From the NCBI GenBank assembly GCA_963715985.1, contig CAVQSP010000020.1, positions 1 to 64,000 of the forward strand: a DNA stretch of 64,000 nucleotides. Reading direction: 5' to 3'. Source of the stretch: an uncultured Thermoleophilia bacterium. GTDB taxonomy: Bacteria > Actinomycetota > Thermoleophilia > UBA2241. Position numbers and translations under genes: made by a program. Below the pieces are notes generated by a model. That model saw only the letters and a list, made by a program, of their open reading frames with translations. It was not told the origin of the DNA and did no database searches. Shown here one piece after another: positions 33,316 through 44,844 of the stretch (position 1 is the first letter of the stretch; every line of letters starts with the position of its first letter).

Positions 33316-34790
33316 TCACTTCGGGCGCATGAGCCGCGAGGTAACCGCCTTCTTCCAACGATCGGCCTCGGAGCGCAGGGCCTCCAGCGGCAGAAACAGA
33401 AAGGCCAGGGCGTAGACCAGGCCGCCGAACATCGCCATGGCCACGATGTAAAGAGACGGCGAGACCGCGCGGAGATCGGCCACGATGTGATGGAGCAAAG
33501 TCAGAGCGGCAGCCAGCAACGCATTGAGGATGACAGCAGGCCCGATCGCGTTCGTCAAGTCACGCAAGCGGGCTTTCACTGCCCGGTGTGCGAGCGCGTA
33601 AAGGCACGTGGCGCTCAAGATATGCGCCGAAACGATAGCCCAAGCCACGCCTGCCAAGCCCCAGCGCAGGCCGTAGAACGACGCGCCAGCGGCGACGACC
33701 AGCGTCATTGCCTGTATCGCCATCTCCTGGTTGAGCCGGTTCCTCGCCTCAAGCAACACACTTGCGGGGCGGCCCAGTGTGAAAGAAGCCGGCCAGGGCA
33801 AGGATCTGAGCGGGACCGGCAGCCGGCAGCCAGGTTGCGCCGTACAGGATCCGAACGAGAGGCTCAGCCACCCAGATGAAGATTACCAGTAGCGGGCTCA
33901 CGTAGACCGTGAGCAGCGTGATCGTTCGAAAGAAAAGGTACCTGGTCTGGTCGAGGTCGCCCTGCACCTTGCTCATTGCTCGGAACACGACTTGGCCCAC
34001 CGGCGGGGTGACAAAGCGGTTAGGCATGCGCGCCAGGCTTTCGCCCCGCGTCAGAACGCCCAGCGCTGCGGCACCAGCGTTCTTGCTGACGATGAGGTAC
34101 ACAGCCTGATCTTTGAAGTACGTCAGCAGTTCGTTGACTGTGATCTTGACCCCGTAGCGGGCGTGTTGGCGCACCGTTGCGAGATGCCAGCGCAACTTCG
34201 GCCGCAGCGGAACGATGTAGGTGAGCAGAACATTGGTAACCAGCGCGCCGATCAAGCCGGAGAAGACGAGGCTCCATACCCCCAGGCCGCCCATAGCCAT
34301 CGCGATGCCACTGAAGCCCGCCACCAGCGCCACCGTCATTTCGACCACCGACCGCTTCTTGAACTCCATGGCACGGCTCAACCAGACCAGGCGAATCGAG
34401 GCAAAGGGGCGAAACAGGAAGCTTATCGCCACCACGCGCAGCAGGTCCGCGTACAGCGGCTCGCCGAAATACGACGCAACCAGCGGCGCGACGGCGAAGA
34501 AGCCGGCGTAGATCGCCATACCGACCACGAGTTGCATCGTGAAGACAGCGTGGAAGTCGCCCGCAGCGGCGTTCTTGGCGCGGATCAGCGACTGGCCCAT
34601 GCCCCCTGCCGCCAGCAGGCCGACGAAGCCCGTGAAGATGTGAATGGTGGCCATGGCGCCAAAGTCCGCCGGCATCAGCAGCCGCGCCATCGCGATGCCG
34701 AACGCGAACTGCAGCACGCGCGTCCCGCTGTTGCCGAGGAAGGACCACTTGACACCGTGGCGGATGGTCTGGCCGAGATTGATTTGGGCG
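33316..34790 (-). CDS. wzx: Wzx-type polysaccharide flippase, frameshift near 33775; start approximate
   Basis: GVKWS, ARLLMPADFG, GVWSLV, LYG..W; multi-TM. Confidence 0.88.
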
Positions 34791-35138
34791 AGGGTTTGGA
34801 GTTCAGCCCCGAGATGGACGATGTAGGCCTGGACCGGACGGCCCCCAAGCCGCAACTCTTCGGCAAGCCCGGCACCTGCCGAAGAATGCCGCTATGCATC
34901 GCATTCGCAGACAACGCTTTCGGCGGACCCGGCGATGACGGTTCGCCCTTAGCCGGGAGGCCCGGATCGAAGTCGGCTGATGTGCGCTCCAATCACCATA
35001 CGCGATCATGCCCCTCCCTGAGGCAGCGGCACCGATGAAAGCGGTCGGAAGCTGGCAGTTATGCACACGACCTACGTTCGGCACCGCCATTCGTAGTGGG
35101 CGCATTGGCATCATAAAAAATGCAGCGAGTTGTACATA

Positions 35139-36837
35139 GTCGGCCCTGCAAATTTCAGTTTGGCGCCCAGTTGCGATGAACGGCCAAGCGCGGCTGCGGC
35201 GCTCTGAGGCCGACGAGGTGGACGAAGGCCCCCAGCATTGACCCGAGCGCGCCCAGCAATTCGCCTGATGCGCGCACGACACTGATTTGCGCATACAAGG
35301 CCAGATCGGACAAGGCCAAAGAAGACCGCTTGGCGGCCAGACGAACGATGGCCCGCATCAACCATCGAATGTTGTAGCCCGCCGCACAGCTCAGCGCGTG
35401 CAGCGCGTCACCCAATGCACCCTGCAGCCAGCAGCGGTCCATGCGGTTGTCGCTCTTGGTGTGACCGATCGCCGGTTCGATGGCCTGACGGCGCTTGAGC
35501 CAGCGCCGCTGCTGGCTCGTGAGCGTCTTGTACTTGCCGCGATGGATGATCTCGATGCCGGGGTTGTCGGCATCCACACCGCGGAACCCCAGGTCCACGA
35601 TGGCCTGCGTGGGACTGCGTCCCAGGTCTTGCAGCAGGTTGGTGGTCTGCTCGATTTGCGCGCACAGGATGTGCCCGTCATACGGATTGCCGGCGAAGCT
35701 GCGCGCGCCCACCATGAGCCCTTGCTTGTGCGTGACGGCCAGGCTGACCTTGACGCCGAATTCGTAAGGCTTGCGCGCCTTGCCCTTCGCGAGACACTCG
35801 ACCTCGGGGGCGTGCAGCGCGTACAGCTTGTTCTTGTCGTGGCGCTGCTGGGTGCGGATGCGTTCGGCGCGCTCCAGCCACATCTTCAGATCGCTCAGCG
35901 CCGTCGGCCCCGACGGTTCGCGCTCGGGCTGCCCACCTGCGGCAATGGCCTGCGTCTGCGCGTCGAGCTTGCGTTGCACTTCGCGCATCACCACGCCCAG
36001 TATCGTGCGCTGGCGCTTGACGGTTCTCTTCAGGCGCCGGAACTGCTTGGCGTGCGCATAGCCGCCGGCCTTGCGCCGCAGCTCCTTGCCTTCCTTGGCG
36101 AACGTTTGTTTGAGTGCGAGGCCGGCGCGCTGGGCCGCGCTGACCACCTTGTGGCGCGCGATCTCCAGCAGCCGACTGTCCACCGGGTGGGCGATGGCCT
36201 TCTCCTGGACCGTGGTATCGACAATCACGCGCTCGAGCTCGGCGGGCTTGACCGCCTTGATCTCGACGGCGGTCTCGATGGTGCACTTCAGCAGTTGCTC
36301 CAGGCCGTCTTCGCCGATGGCGCGGCGAAAGCGGCCGATCTGCGTCGCGTCGCACGGCAGCCGAGGCTCGTAGTACTCCATGCCGCTGAAGAACTGGTAC
36401 TGGACGTTCTCGCTCCAGCGCAGCACGAGTTCTTCGTCGCTGAGGTTGAAAGAATTCTTCAGGTAGACCAGGCTGGCCATGAGCCGTATCGACAAGCGCG
36501 GCCGGCCGGCGTTGCTGACACCGCCGCCGAACTCCACCTGGTGTTCGCCCAGGAGATCGTCCGCGATCCCTTGCCGGGCCGGACGATCCTGATGCGTGAA
36601 CTTCGGCGCCAAGGACTGCTCGATCCGATCCCACGGCAGCTGCCTTGCCAACACCGCCAGCGGGTGGCGCAGATCGATCATGGCGTCCAGCCGGGAGCGG
36701 AAGAAATCTGGCGTGCTCATCAACGAAATCCCTCAAGAATCGCCTCATCAAGAAACGATTCCTGGGGGATTCGGTGCACCTCGTTTACCCCGAATCGCTA
36801 GCATTCATGCGGGCAGCAGGCGTTTTGCAGGTCCGAC
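35139..36837 (-). mobile_element. Complete IS5-family element
   Basis: Imperfect IR GTCGGCCCTGCAAA / TTTGCAGGTCCGAC; no clear target duplication. Confidence 0.92.
35155..36720 (-). CDS. IS5-family transposase
   Basis: VDTTVQEK, KPYEFG, DLGFRG, RRQAIEPAIGH. Confidence 0.95.
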   Translation of the reverse strand: MSTPDFFRSRLDAMIDLRHPLAVLARQLPWDRIEQSLAPKFTHQDRPARQGIADDLLGEHQVEFGGGVSNAGRPRLSIRLMASLVYLKNSFNLSDEELVLRWSENVQYQFFSGMEYYEPRLPCDATQIGRFRRAIGEDGLEQLLKCTIETAVEIKAVKPAELERVIVDTTVQEKAIAHPVDSRLLEIARHKVVSAAQRAGLALKQTFAKEGKELRRKAGGYAHAKQFRRLKRTVKRQRTILGVVMREVQRKLDAQTQAIAAGGQPEREPSGPTALSDLKMWLERAERIRTQQRHDKNKLYALHAPEVECLAKGKARKPYEFGVKVSLAVTHKQGLMVGARSFAGNPYDGHILCAQIEQTTNLLQDLGRSPTQAIVDLGFRGVDADNPGIEIIHRGKYKTLTSQQRRWLKRRQAIEPAIGHTKSDNRMDRCWLQGALGDALHALSCAAGYNIRWLMRAIVRLAAKRSSLALSDLALYAQISVVRASGELLGALGSMLGAFVHLVGLRAPQPRLAVHRNWAPN

Positions 36838-37018
36838 TGCATATGCGCGCGCCCGCTGACCGAGATATTGGCCCGAGCGCACCCAGACCCCGCGGATGAG
36901 GGATTTCTACGGTCGCCTTCCCGGCCCAATTCCGGGCTGTTCAGTTGGCGCGCGCGGATCGCTGCTGAATGTCCGCCACCCTCGTCTGACACTGGTACGC
37001 TGTTCCTGGAGTTGCTGA

Positions 37019-39816
37019 ATGAACCAGAGAATTCTTGGCCGTCGCATAAAGGCCTTCGCTGCCGCCTTGTTCGCCTGCGCAGCCGGTTCGCCTTCGGGCA
37101 GGTCTACTCGTATGACTTCGTCTGGTACACCGGTGCCATGCAGGTATGGGTCTACGAGACGGGCCCGAAGCTGACGGTAGAAGTCTACGAGGATCCATCG
37201 ACTCCGGAGAATGATGTTTTTTCCGTTTCGCAACGGTCTCGACATACCGATCATCTACAAGGGCAGCCCCTCGATCATTCACTCGCCATCATTGCAGACC
37301 TCCAGATCGACACCGGAACAGTCAACCCAGGTATGTTTTCGTCGGTTTCCGTCTGGAGCGCACTAGGCGATGTGAAGTTCCAGTTAACGCGCCCGGCACC
37401 CCATTCACACTGCTAGATCAAAGCGGCTCGATCTCCCGCATCGCATGGAGCGGTGACGCCGCCGTCGGGTAGGAGGAGCAGTTCCAGCCCGCGAACTGAT
37501 GGCGTCAATGCTGGTGAATATGTCGTGCTGCGGGCGGTGCTGAATCCCGGCGGTGACGTTCGCTAACGTCATCGAGGCCATCGAAACCGGATTGTCTTCG
37601 AACTATGTGCAGGGGCACTATGGGTTGTGGACGACGGCGCAGAAACAGTACTACCGTGCCGAAGCCCCCAAGGGTTTGCGGTTCGCGTTGCTTATGCAAA
37701 GCATCGTACCCAACAGATGGAATCCGGATGGGCACGGGCTGTTCGTGATGCACCGTCGCGCCGCGGAGGGACATTCCTCAGATCACTTCGTTAGCGCGAC
37801 GCCGGCGAGATGCTGGACACGCAGACGAGCCAGTTGTCCGTGTCGGCGGTGGACCCGAGCCCGGGCCGCAGGCGCTGAGCTACCAGTGGACGGTGGTCAG
37901 TGGCGGGGGCACGCTGAGCCAAGCGGCGAACGCCAGCGCGGTCTACACGCCGGCGAACGTGACGGGCAGCCAGGGGGTCGTGGTGCGCGTGCAGGTATCG
38001 GATGGTGCCTCGACGGTCACGCGCGACGTGACGCTGCAGGTCAACGATGCGCACGCCGCCGCCGCCGAACGCGGCGCCGCAGATCACGGCGGTGAGCGCG
38101 ACGCCGTCGACGATGTGGGAGATGCAAAGAGCCAGTTGTCGGTGACGGCGACGGACGCGGACGGTCCCGGCGCGTTGACGTACGCAGTGGGCGGTGGTCA
38201 GCGGCGGGGGAATGCTGAGCAGCGCGACGAGCCCGAACCCATGGTATTCGCCGGCGGACGTGATCGGCACGCAGACCGTGACGCTGCGCGTGACGGTATC
38301 CGACGGGGCGGCCAGCTCGAGCCGGGAACTGACGCTGACGGTGTAGGACAGCAGCAACCCGCCGCCGCCGGGCGCGCAGATCCTGAGCCAGGACTTCAGC
38401 GTCAACTCGTTCGCGGGGTGGCAGTACGCGGACGAGGGCACGATCTCGGCGCCGTCCAAGTGGGGCATCGTCTCGGGCGAACTGGTGCAGCAGAGCAACA
38501 TCCGCGACGCCAGCACGGCCAACGACGTGGCCAAGCTGGGCACCTATCTGCTGTATGGCGACGGGCTGGGCTGGACCGACTACAAGGCCGGGTTCAGGCT
38601 GCGTTCCACCGACGACGACACGCTGGGGGTGATGTTCCGCTACATCGACCCGGACAACTGGTACCGCTTCAGCTGGGACAGCCAGCTCAAGCAGCGCCGG
38701 CTGGTGAAGAAGGCCGGCGGCGTGTACAGCCTGCTGGCGGCCGACAACGTGCCCTACGTGATGGGGCGCAACTACCAGGTGCAGATCGTCGCGCAGGGCA
38801 GCCAGCTCGAAGTGTGGGTCGACGGCGTGCGCATCTTCCAGGTCAGCGATGCAGCGCACAACCGCGGCAGCGTGGCCTTTTACACCTGGCAGAACAACGG
38901 CGCCTTCTTCGACAACCTGGTGGTGGAGGACTTGAGCGGTGGCAACTTCAACGCGCTGCCCAAGATCACCGCGCTGACGGCCACGCCGGCGACGATGCTG
39001 GACAACCAGCAAAGCCAGCTGGCAGTGACGGCCACCGACACCGATGGCCCGAGCGCACTGAGCTACCGATGGACGATCGTCAGCGGCGGCGGTGTGATCA
39101 GCGGCGCCACCAGCGCGAACGCGATCTACGTGCCGGTGGACGTGGTGGGCACGCAGACGGTCAAGATCAAGGTGGAGGTCAGCGACGGCTCGGCCACGGT
39201 GGCGGGCAACCTGACGCTGAAGGTGAACGACGCCAACCCGCCGCCGCTGGGGCCGCAGCTGCTGGCCAGCGACTTCAGTGGCACGCTGGCGGGCTGGAGC
39301 GTGCGCGACGAGGGCACGATCTCTGCGCCGTCGAAGTGGGCCATCGTCTCGGGCGCGCTGGCGCAGCAGAGCAACATCCGCGACGGCAGCACGACCAACC
39401 AGTTGCCCAAGCTGGGCACGTACCTGGTGTACGACGGCGGCACGGCGTGGACGAACTACCGCGCCAAGTTCAAGCTGCGCTCGACCGACGATGACACGCT
39501 GGGGGTGATGTTCCGCGTGGCCGACGCGAACAACTACTACCGCCTGAACTGGGACCGGCAACTCAACCAGCGCCAGTTGGTGAAGAAGGTCGCGGGCGTG
39601 TACACGCTGCTGGCGGCGGACAACGTGCCGTATGTGATGGGGCAGACCTACGATGTGGAAGTCATCGCCAACGGCAACCAGCTGGAGGTGTGGATCGACG
39701 GCGCGCGCGTCTTCCAGATCACCGACGCCGCCCTGGGCAGCGGCTCCATCGCCTTCTACACCTGGCAGAACAACGCCGCCTTCTTCGACGACTTGCAGGT
39801 CAACCAAATTGACTGA
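37019..39816 (+). CDS. Large secreted modular protein: signal peptide, PEP-CTERM-passenger-like domain, Ig-like modules and two ConA/TSP_C-like domains; several frameshifts and one in-frame TAG
   Basis: RBS-like GGAG then MNQRILGRRIKAFAAALFACAAG; GVNAGE...VTFANVIEAI...LRFALLMQSI; SQLSV..D.DGP.AL.Y.W repeats; two DDDTLGVMFR domains. Confidence 0.65.
37790..38362 (+). repeat. Copy 1 of a ~570-bp direct repeat (two Ig-like modules)
   Basis: Closely similar to 40545-41122, e.g. GCGCCGCAGATCACGGCGGTGAGCGCGACGCCGTCGACG occurs in both. Confidence 0.85.
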
Positions 39817-39839
39817 CCGATCTATCCGAGGCAATTGAC

Positions 39840-41123
39840 ATGACTGGATTTCTGCCCCGCGCCCTTCTGCTCACCTCGGTGATGCTGGGACTTGCGCCTG
39901 CCCATGCCGCTCTTCACGACCGCGGGTGCGGTCTCGTCTACGACGACGTACTCAACGTTACCTGGCTGCAGAACGTGACCCTGGCAGCGGGCTCGCCCTA
40001 CGACGACGACTACCTTGAAGTCTCCATCACCTAACGCCAACACAGACGGGAAGTTGTCTTACTACGCTGCGCTGGCATGGGTGCAAAGCCTTCAGTACCA
40101 CGACTGCATTCGCGGACGCATCCTGACGGGCTGGCGCCTACCGGACGTCCGACCCGTCAATGGTGTGGCGCTCAACGTGCGGTCGGCCTACGACGGATCG
40201 TCCGACACGGGCTACAACATCACGTCGCCGATGCATGAACTGTCGTACATGTACTACGTCAATCTGAAGAACAAGGGGCAGTACAACACCCAGGGCGCGT
40301 TGCAGACGGGATTCGGATTGGTGGACAATCCGGGTGATTCCACCGACGAAAGCCTCTTCGTCAACCTGGAAGTCGGGCCTGTACTGGTCGAGCACTATCC
40401 GCCCGGACAACGACACGAATTCGTGGGACTTCCGCATGGATCGCGGGGCCACCACTGCTGCGAATTTGGATTACGTGCGCTATGCCTGGGCTGTTCGCGA
40501 TGGCGATGTCGATCAGCCGCAGCCGATCGACATCATTGTGGCGCAGGCCACGCCTGCGGTGTTGCTGGACACGCAGACGAGTCAGCTGTCCGTGGTGGCA
40601 GTGGATGCGCAGCCGGGCCCGCAAGCCTTGACGTATCAGTGGAAGGTTATCAGTGACGGCGGCACGCTGAGCAACACGACGAGCGCCACTGTGACTTACA
40701 TGCCGCGGGACGTGACGAGCGCACCGGAAGGGTGGTGGTACGGGTACTTGTCTCCGACGGTGCCTCGACAGTCACGCGCTACGTGACGCTGCAGGTCAAC
40801 GATGGTGGCACGCCGCCGCCGCCGAACCAGGCGCCGCAGATCACGGCGGTGAGCGCGACGCCGTCGACGCTGTGGGAGATGCAAAGCAGCCAGTTGTCGG
40901 TGACGGCGACGGATACGGACGGTCCTGGGGCGTTGACGTACGCGTGGGAGGTGGTCAGCGGCGGCGGGATGTTGAGCAGCGCGACGAACCCGAACCCGTG
41001 GTATTCGGCGGCGGACTTGAACGGCACTCAGACCGTGACGCTGCGCGTGACGGTGTCCGACGGGGCGGCCAGACACGAGCCGCGAACTGACACTGACGGT
41101 GTACGACAGCAGGAGCAACCCGG
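39840..41123 (+). CDS. Secreted DUF1566/Lcl-like protein fused to the same Ig-like modules; cut at the segment junction
   Basis: Signal peptide, GLVYDDVLNVTWL, GWRLP, YWSS, AWAVRDGDV, then QATPAVLLDTQTSQLSV. Confidence 0.7.
40545..41122 (+). repeat. Copy 2 of the ~570-bp direct repeat
   Basis: Closely similar to 37790-38362. Confidence 0.85.
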
Positions 41124-42208
41124 CCGGCTTCCTCGGTGTAATCCTCGGCGCGGCCACCGTTTCTGACGATGCAGACATCGTCCAGAAAAATCTGCACATT
41201 TTCCAGGACCATGTTTTCCACACCCGAGCGGCCAACGGCGGCAAGAATCCGGCCCCAATTGGGGTCGCTGGCAAAAAAAGCGGTTTTTACCAGGGGCGAG
41301 TGGGCGATGGTTTTACCGACTCGCACCGCTTCTTCATCGTGCAATGCTTCTTCGACTACGATGCGCATTAACTTGGTTGCACCTTCGCCATCCCTGACAA
41401 TGGCTTCCGCCAGTTGTTTGCAAACGCTCATAAGGGCATCGGCAAAAATCGCATAGTGTTCGCTGTCAGCGGTAATTTCCGGTGCGGTTGAGCAGCCGCT
41501 CGCCATGACGACGCAGGCATCATTGGTCGACGTATCGCCATCTACGGTAATACGGTTAAAGGAGTGTTCAACCGCTAAAGCCAGGCAGTGTTGCAACAAC
41601 GGCTGTTTAATTTTGGCATCCGTAGCGATAAAGCCCAGCATGGTCGCCATATTCGGCTGTATCATGCCGGCGCCTTTGGCAATGCCGTTGATTGTGATGG
41701 GCTGTCCGGCAACGGTAATGATTTCGGAAACGCCTTTGGGAAACGTGTCCGTGGTCATAATCGCGCGGGCGGCTTTATCCCAGTTATCGAGTGCAAGATG
41801 ATGTATGGCCGCCGGTAAAGCCGCTGTTATTTTTGCTACCGGCAAGGGTTGTCCAATCACGCCTGTTGAAAAAGGCAACACTTGATTGGCTGCGGCACCC
41901 ACGACTTTTGCCAGTTCGGCACAAGAGAGCAGGGCATCCTGCATGCCCTGTTCGCCGGTTCCCGCGTTGGCATTGCCCGAATTAATCAGCAACCAGCGAG
42001 GCCCCTGTGCCAGATGGGCTTTTGCAACATGTACAGGCGCGGCACAAAAAGCATTTTGGGTAAATACGGCCGCGCAGGTTGACTGTTCCGCCATTTGAAT
42101 AACCAAAATATCGTCTTTGACTGTTTGCTTGATACCCGCACAGGCCGTGCCTAACGTTATCCCTGCTACGTTAAGCATGTCCGGAAAATCACACTGTCCT
42201 ACCGCCAT
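41123..42208 (-). CDS. argJ: Bifunctional ornithine acetyltransferase/N-acetylglutamate synthase, 3'-truncated at junction
   Basis: NSGNANAGTG, IMTTD, KGAGMI.PNMATML, DGDTSTND, DGEGATK, PNWGR. Confidence 0.95.
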
Positions 42209-42211
42209 CGG

Positions 42212-43366
42212 TTAATCCTCGCTGTGTTTAAAAAATAAAATGACATTTTTAATTCGTTTGACTTTTACTTGCATCATTTTGCAGCGCTTTTTTAGCGAGG
42301 CTAATTGTTGCGGTTGTTCGCTGAGGGCAAACGGTAAAATAATTTCCACTTCAATCTGGCCGTTTAAATAATGAATTCTGAAATCTTCTATCGACGATCT
42401 AATCTCCACCAGATAGCGATCCAATAAAGCCTGGACATCACGGCGAGTGAGCGGTTTGCTGTTTTCAAATAACCCCTGGTCATCTTCAGGATCGATATGC
42501 ACCAACACATCCATGACATCATCAAAACGGGTGATCAGCTCATCCCTGACGGTATCGCCGATGCTATGGCCCTCGGAAACCGTGATACGCGGATCAACAA
42601 CAATATGGGCATCGATCAACGCATCTTCGCCCATCTGCCGGGTTCGCAATAAATGAATGCCTTCAACGCCATCAATACCCATGATGGCGGTGCGAATTTC
42701 GGCTACCAGTCTGGGCGGCAACGAGGTATCAACCAGCTCTTTGATGCTTTCAAGGACCAGGTTCAAGCCAATTTTTGCGACCATCAAGGCAACAACGATG
42801 GCGGCAATGGCATCGGCCAGCGGATAACCCAGCATCACGGCGCCTATGCCGAATAACACCACCAGCGATGAAATGGCGTCACTGCGCTGATGCCACGCAT
42901 TGGCCATTAATAATTTGGAGCGGGTTCTTCTCGCGATACGTTTGGTGTAATGATACAGCCATTCATTAACCAGAATGGATACCGCCGCAATGCCCAAGCC
43001 CATCACATTAGGCACAGGCAGATGTTCAGGATGCGCCATACGATTCATCACCGACCAGGTAATTGCGCCGCCGATAGCAATCAAACTGGCGCCTAAAATG
43101 ACGGTTGCAATCGTTTCAAAGCGCCGATGTCCATAAGGATGTTCGTAATCGGCTTCCCGGCTGCCCAATCTGACCGCAACAATGACTAACAGGTCGCTCA
43201 GTAAATCCGATAACGAATGAATGCCATCGGCGATTAATGCCGCGGATTGTCCCAGAATGCCAAAACCGATTTTGATAAGCGTCTGGAAAACATTAACCGC
43301 GGCGCCGACGTAGCTGGCTCTGGCTTTGAGTTTACGGATTCTTGCCGTATCAAGGACTTCAGCCAT
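42212..43366 (-). CDS. Cation diffusion facilitator transporter (FieF-like) with C-terminal extension
   Basis: ADGIHSLSD, HPYGH.RFE, HQRSDA. Confidence 0.92.
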   Translation of the reverse strand: MAEVLDTARIRKLKARASYVGAAVNVFQTLIKIGFGILGQSAALIADGIHSLSDLLSDLLVIVAVRLGSREADYEHPYGHRRFETIATVILGASLIAIGGAITWSVMNRMAHPEHLPVPNVMGLGIAAVSILVNEWLYHYTKRIARRTRSKLLMANAWHQRSDAISSLVVLFGIGAVMLGYPLADAIAAIVVALMVAKIGLNLVLESIKELVDTSLPPRLVAEIRTAIMGIDGVEGIHLLRTRQMGEDALIDAHIVVDPRITVSEGHSIGDTVRDELITRFDDVMDVLVHIDPEDDQGLFENSKPLTRRDVQALLDRYLVEIRSSIEDFRIHYLNGQIEVEIILPFALSEQPQQLASLKKRCKMMQVKVKRIKNVILFFKHSED

Positions 43367-43593
43367 TACGCGCCTACTTCCAGGACAATAATATACTCAT
43401 GATCGCAGGATTTTGTTTCCAGCACTTTATGACCATTGATGCGGCACCATGCAGGAATATCCTGCATGACACCGGGGTCGGTGCAGATGACTTCCAATTG
43501 GTCGCCGGCCTTAAGTTGTTTGACTTTATCCTGGGTGCGTATGACCGGCAGAGGACAGAGTAAACGCCGTGCATTTAGGGTTTCTTTATTCAT
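43366..43593 (-). CDS. tusA: Sulfurtransferase TusA/SirA family
   Basis: CPLP motif, TDPG...DIPAWC. Confidence 0.9.
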   Translation of the reverse strand: MNKETLNARRLLCPLPVIRTQDKVKQLKAGDQLEVICTDPGVMQDIPAWCRINGHKVLETKSCDHEYIIVLEVGA

Positions 43594-43600
43594 ATAAATT

Positions 43601-43676
43601 AAGGTCCAAGGTTAAAGGTGCAAGGTCAAGGTTTAAAAAGCTAATTTCCTTTAACCTTGAACCTTGCCTTGAACCT
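43601..43676. repeat. Converging heptamer tandem repeats (AAGGTNN x5 / AACCTTG-like x4) able to form a hairpin
   Basis: Read directly in the intergenic region. Confidence 0.75.
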
Positions 43677-43677
43677 C

Positions 43678-44724
43678 TTACACATACCATTCCTTGGGAA
43701 TGTCTTCTTTTTTTAATGGCTTAACCTGAAGTGTTCTTTCCGAGCCATCTGTGTTCATGACATTAATATCGACGTGTTCGGCATCTCGCCCCTGACCGAA
43801 ACGGGCCGTAATTTGGGCAGCCAAATATAAGTCCTCGGCAGAAGGCGAGCCGTCAATCAGCACTAAAGGTCCGATATGGCTCAAGCTATTCAAACTGATA
43901 AAGTCCTTTTTATAGCCCTGCAAAAAGCGGCTTTCACCTTCCTCCCGTGGCGACAATGAGTTTGAAATTCGCTTTGCGGCCTGATATGCCGGCCGACTTT
44001 TAACAACATGACATCATCCAATTCGTAATCCTTGTTGCCTTGCGCTTTCCATAAATCGACCAGTTTTGCAGAATAGTATTTATCGGTCAGAAAACAGCAA
44101 CCGCCGGCCGGCTGGGCATAGTCATCAAATCCGAACTGTTCTGCCATTGACAATCTGAGGCTTGCGTGACCGTCCGGTAATATCATGGAGCTTTTCTCTA
44201 TCGACCCAGCCTTCAAGCTCCGGCAGGGTTGGGGGTAGATTTTTAGCGCATAAAGGACGCAATAATAAATCATCAGCGCCGGATTGTTTTGATACGATCG
44301 GCATTTTGGATTTACTTTGCGACATGGGTCTTTGGCCGATGACTTCACCGGTGATAATAAAGTCAAAATCATTTTCCACTAGCCATTGTTTGGCCTTATT
44401 CACCATGAAAATTTTACAATCCAGACAAGGATTCATATGCGCGCCATAGCCGTGCTTGGGATTAATCAGCACATTTTTATATTCTTCGATAACATCGATA
44501 ATATGCAGTTTTATCCCTAACTGTTCGGCAACCCATAAGGCGTTATTGCGCTTGGGTTTGGCTTTATCATTTTCACGAATGGCATGGGTATGGCCTTCTA
44601 CACAAAAACCCGTAAAAAAATTAATTCCTTCGACATGAACGCCCTGTTCCATGACCGTCTTTGCGGCCAGCATTGAATCCAGGCCCCCGGAAATCAATGC
44701 GACTGCTTTTCTTTGTTTATTCAT
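43678..44724 (-). CDS. ThiI/MnmA-like PP-loop tRNA sulfurtransferase (DUF814-associated), frameshifted
   Basis: SGGLDS, NPCLDC, TGEVIGQRPMSQ, LLRPL, PAGGCC, GRH. Confidence 0.85.
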
Positions 44725-44844
44725 TACATTGTTGTGTCTAAAAATTAGGCTATTATACCCAGATATTTTTTTATAGGGCTTCAACTTGTCCGGTTGATAA
44801 GCCGGCGCATAAATACAATCTTATTCCTTACGATGGAACTTGCT

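Noticed and set aside
36945-36962. Sigma-54 promoter upstream of the modular protein
   Set aside because: GG-to-GC spacing is 12 rather than 10 nt
37790-41122. Duplicated modules as a DGR template/variable pair
   Set aside because: Both copies are coding, the differences I could compare are not adenine-specific, and no intact RT or Avd is present
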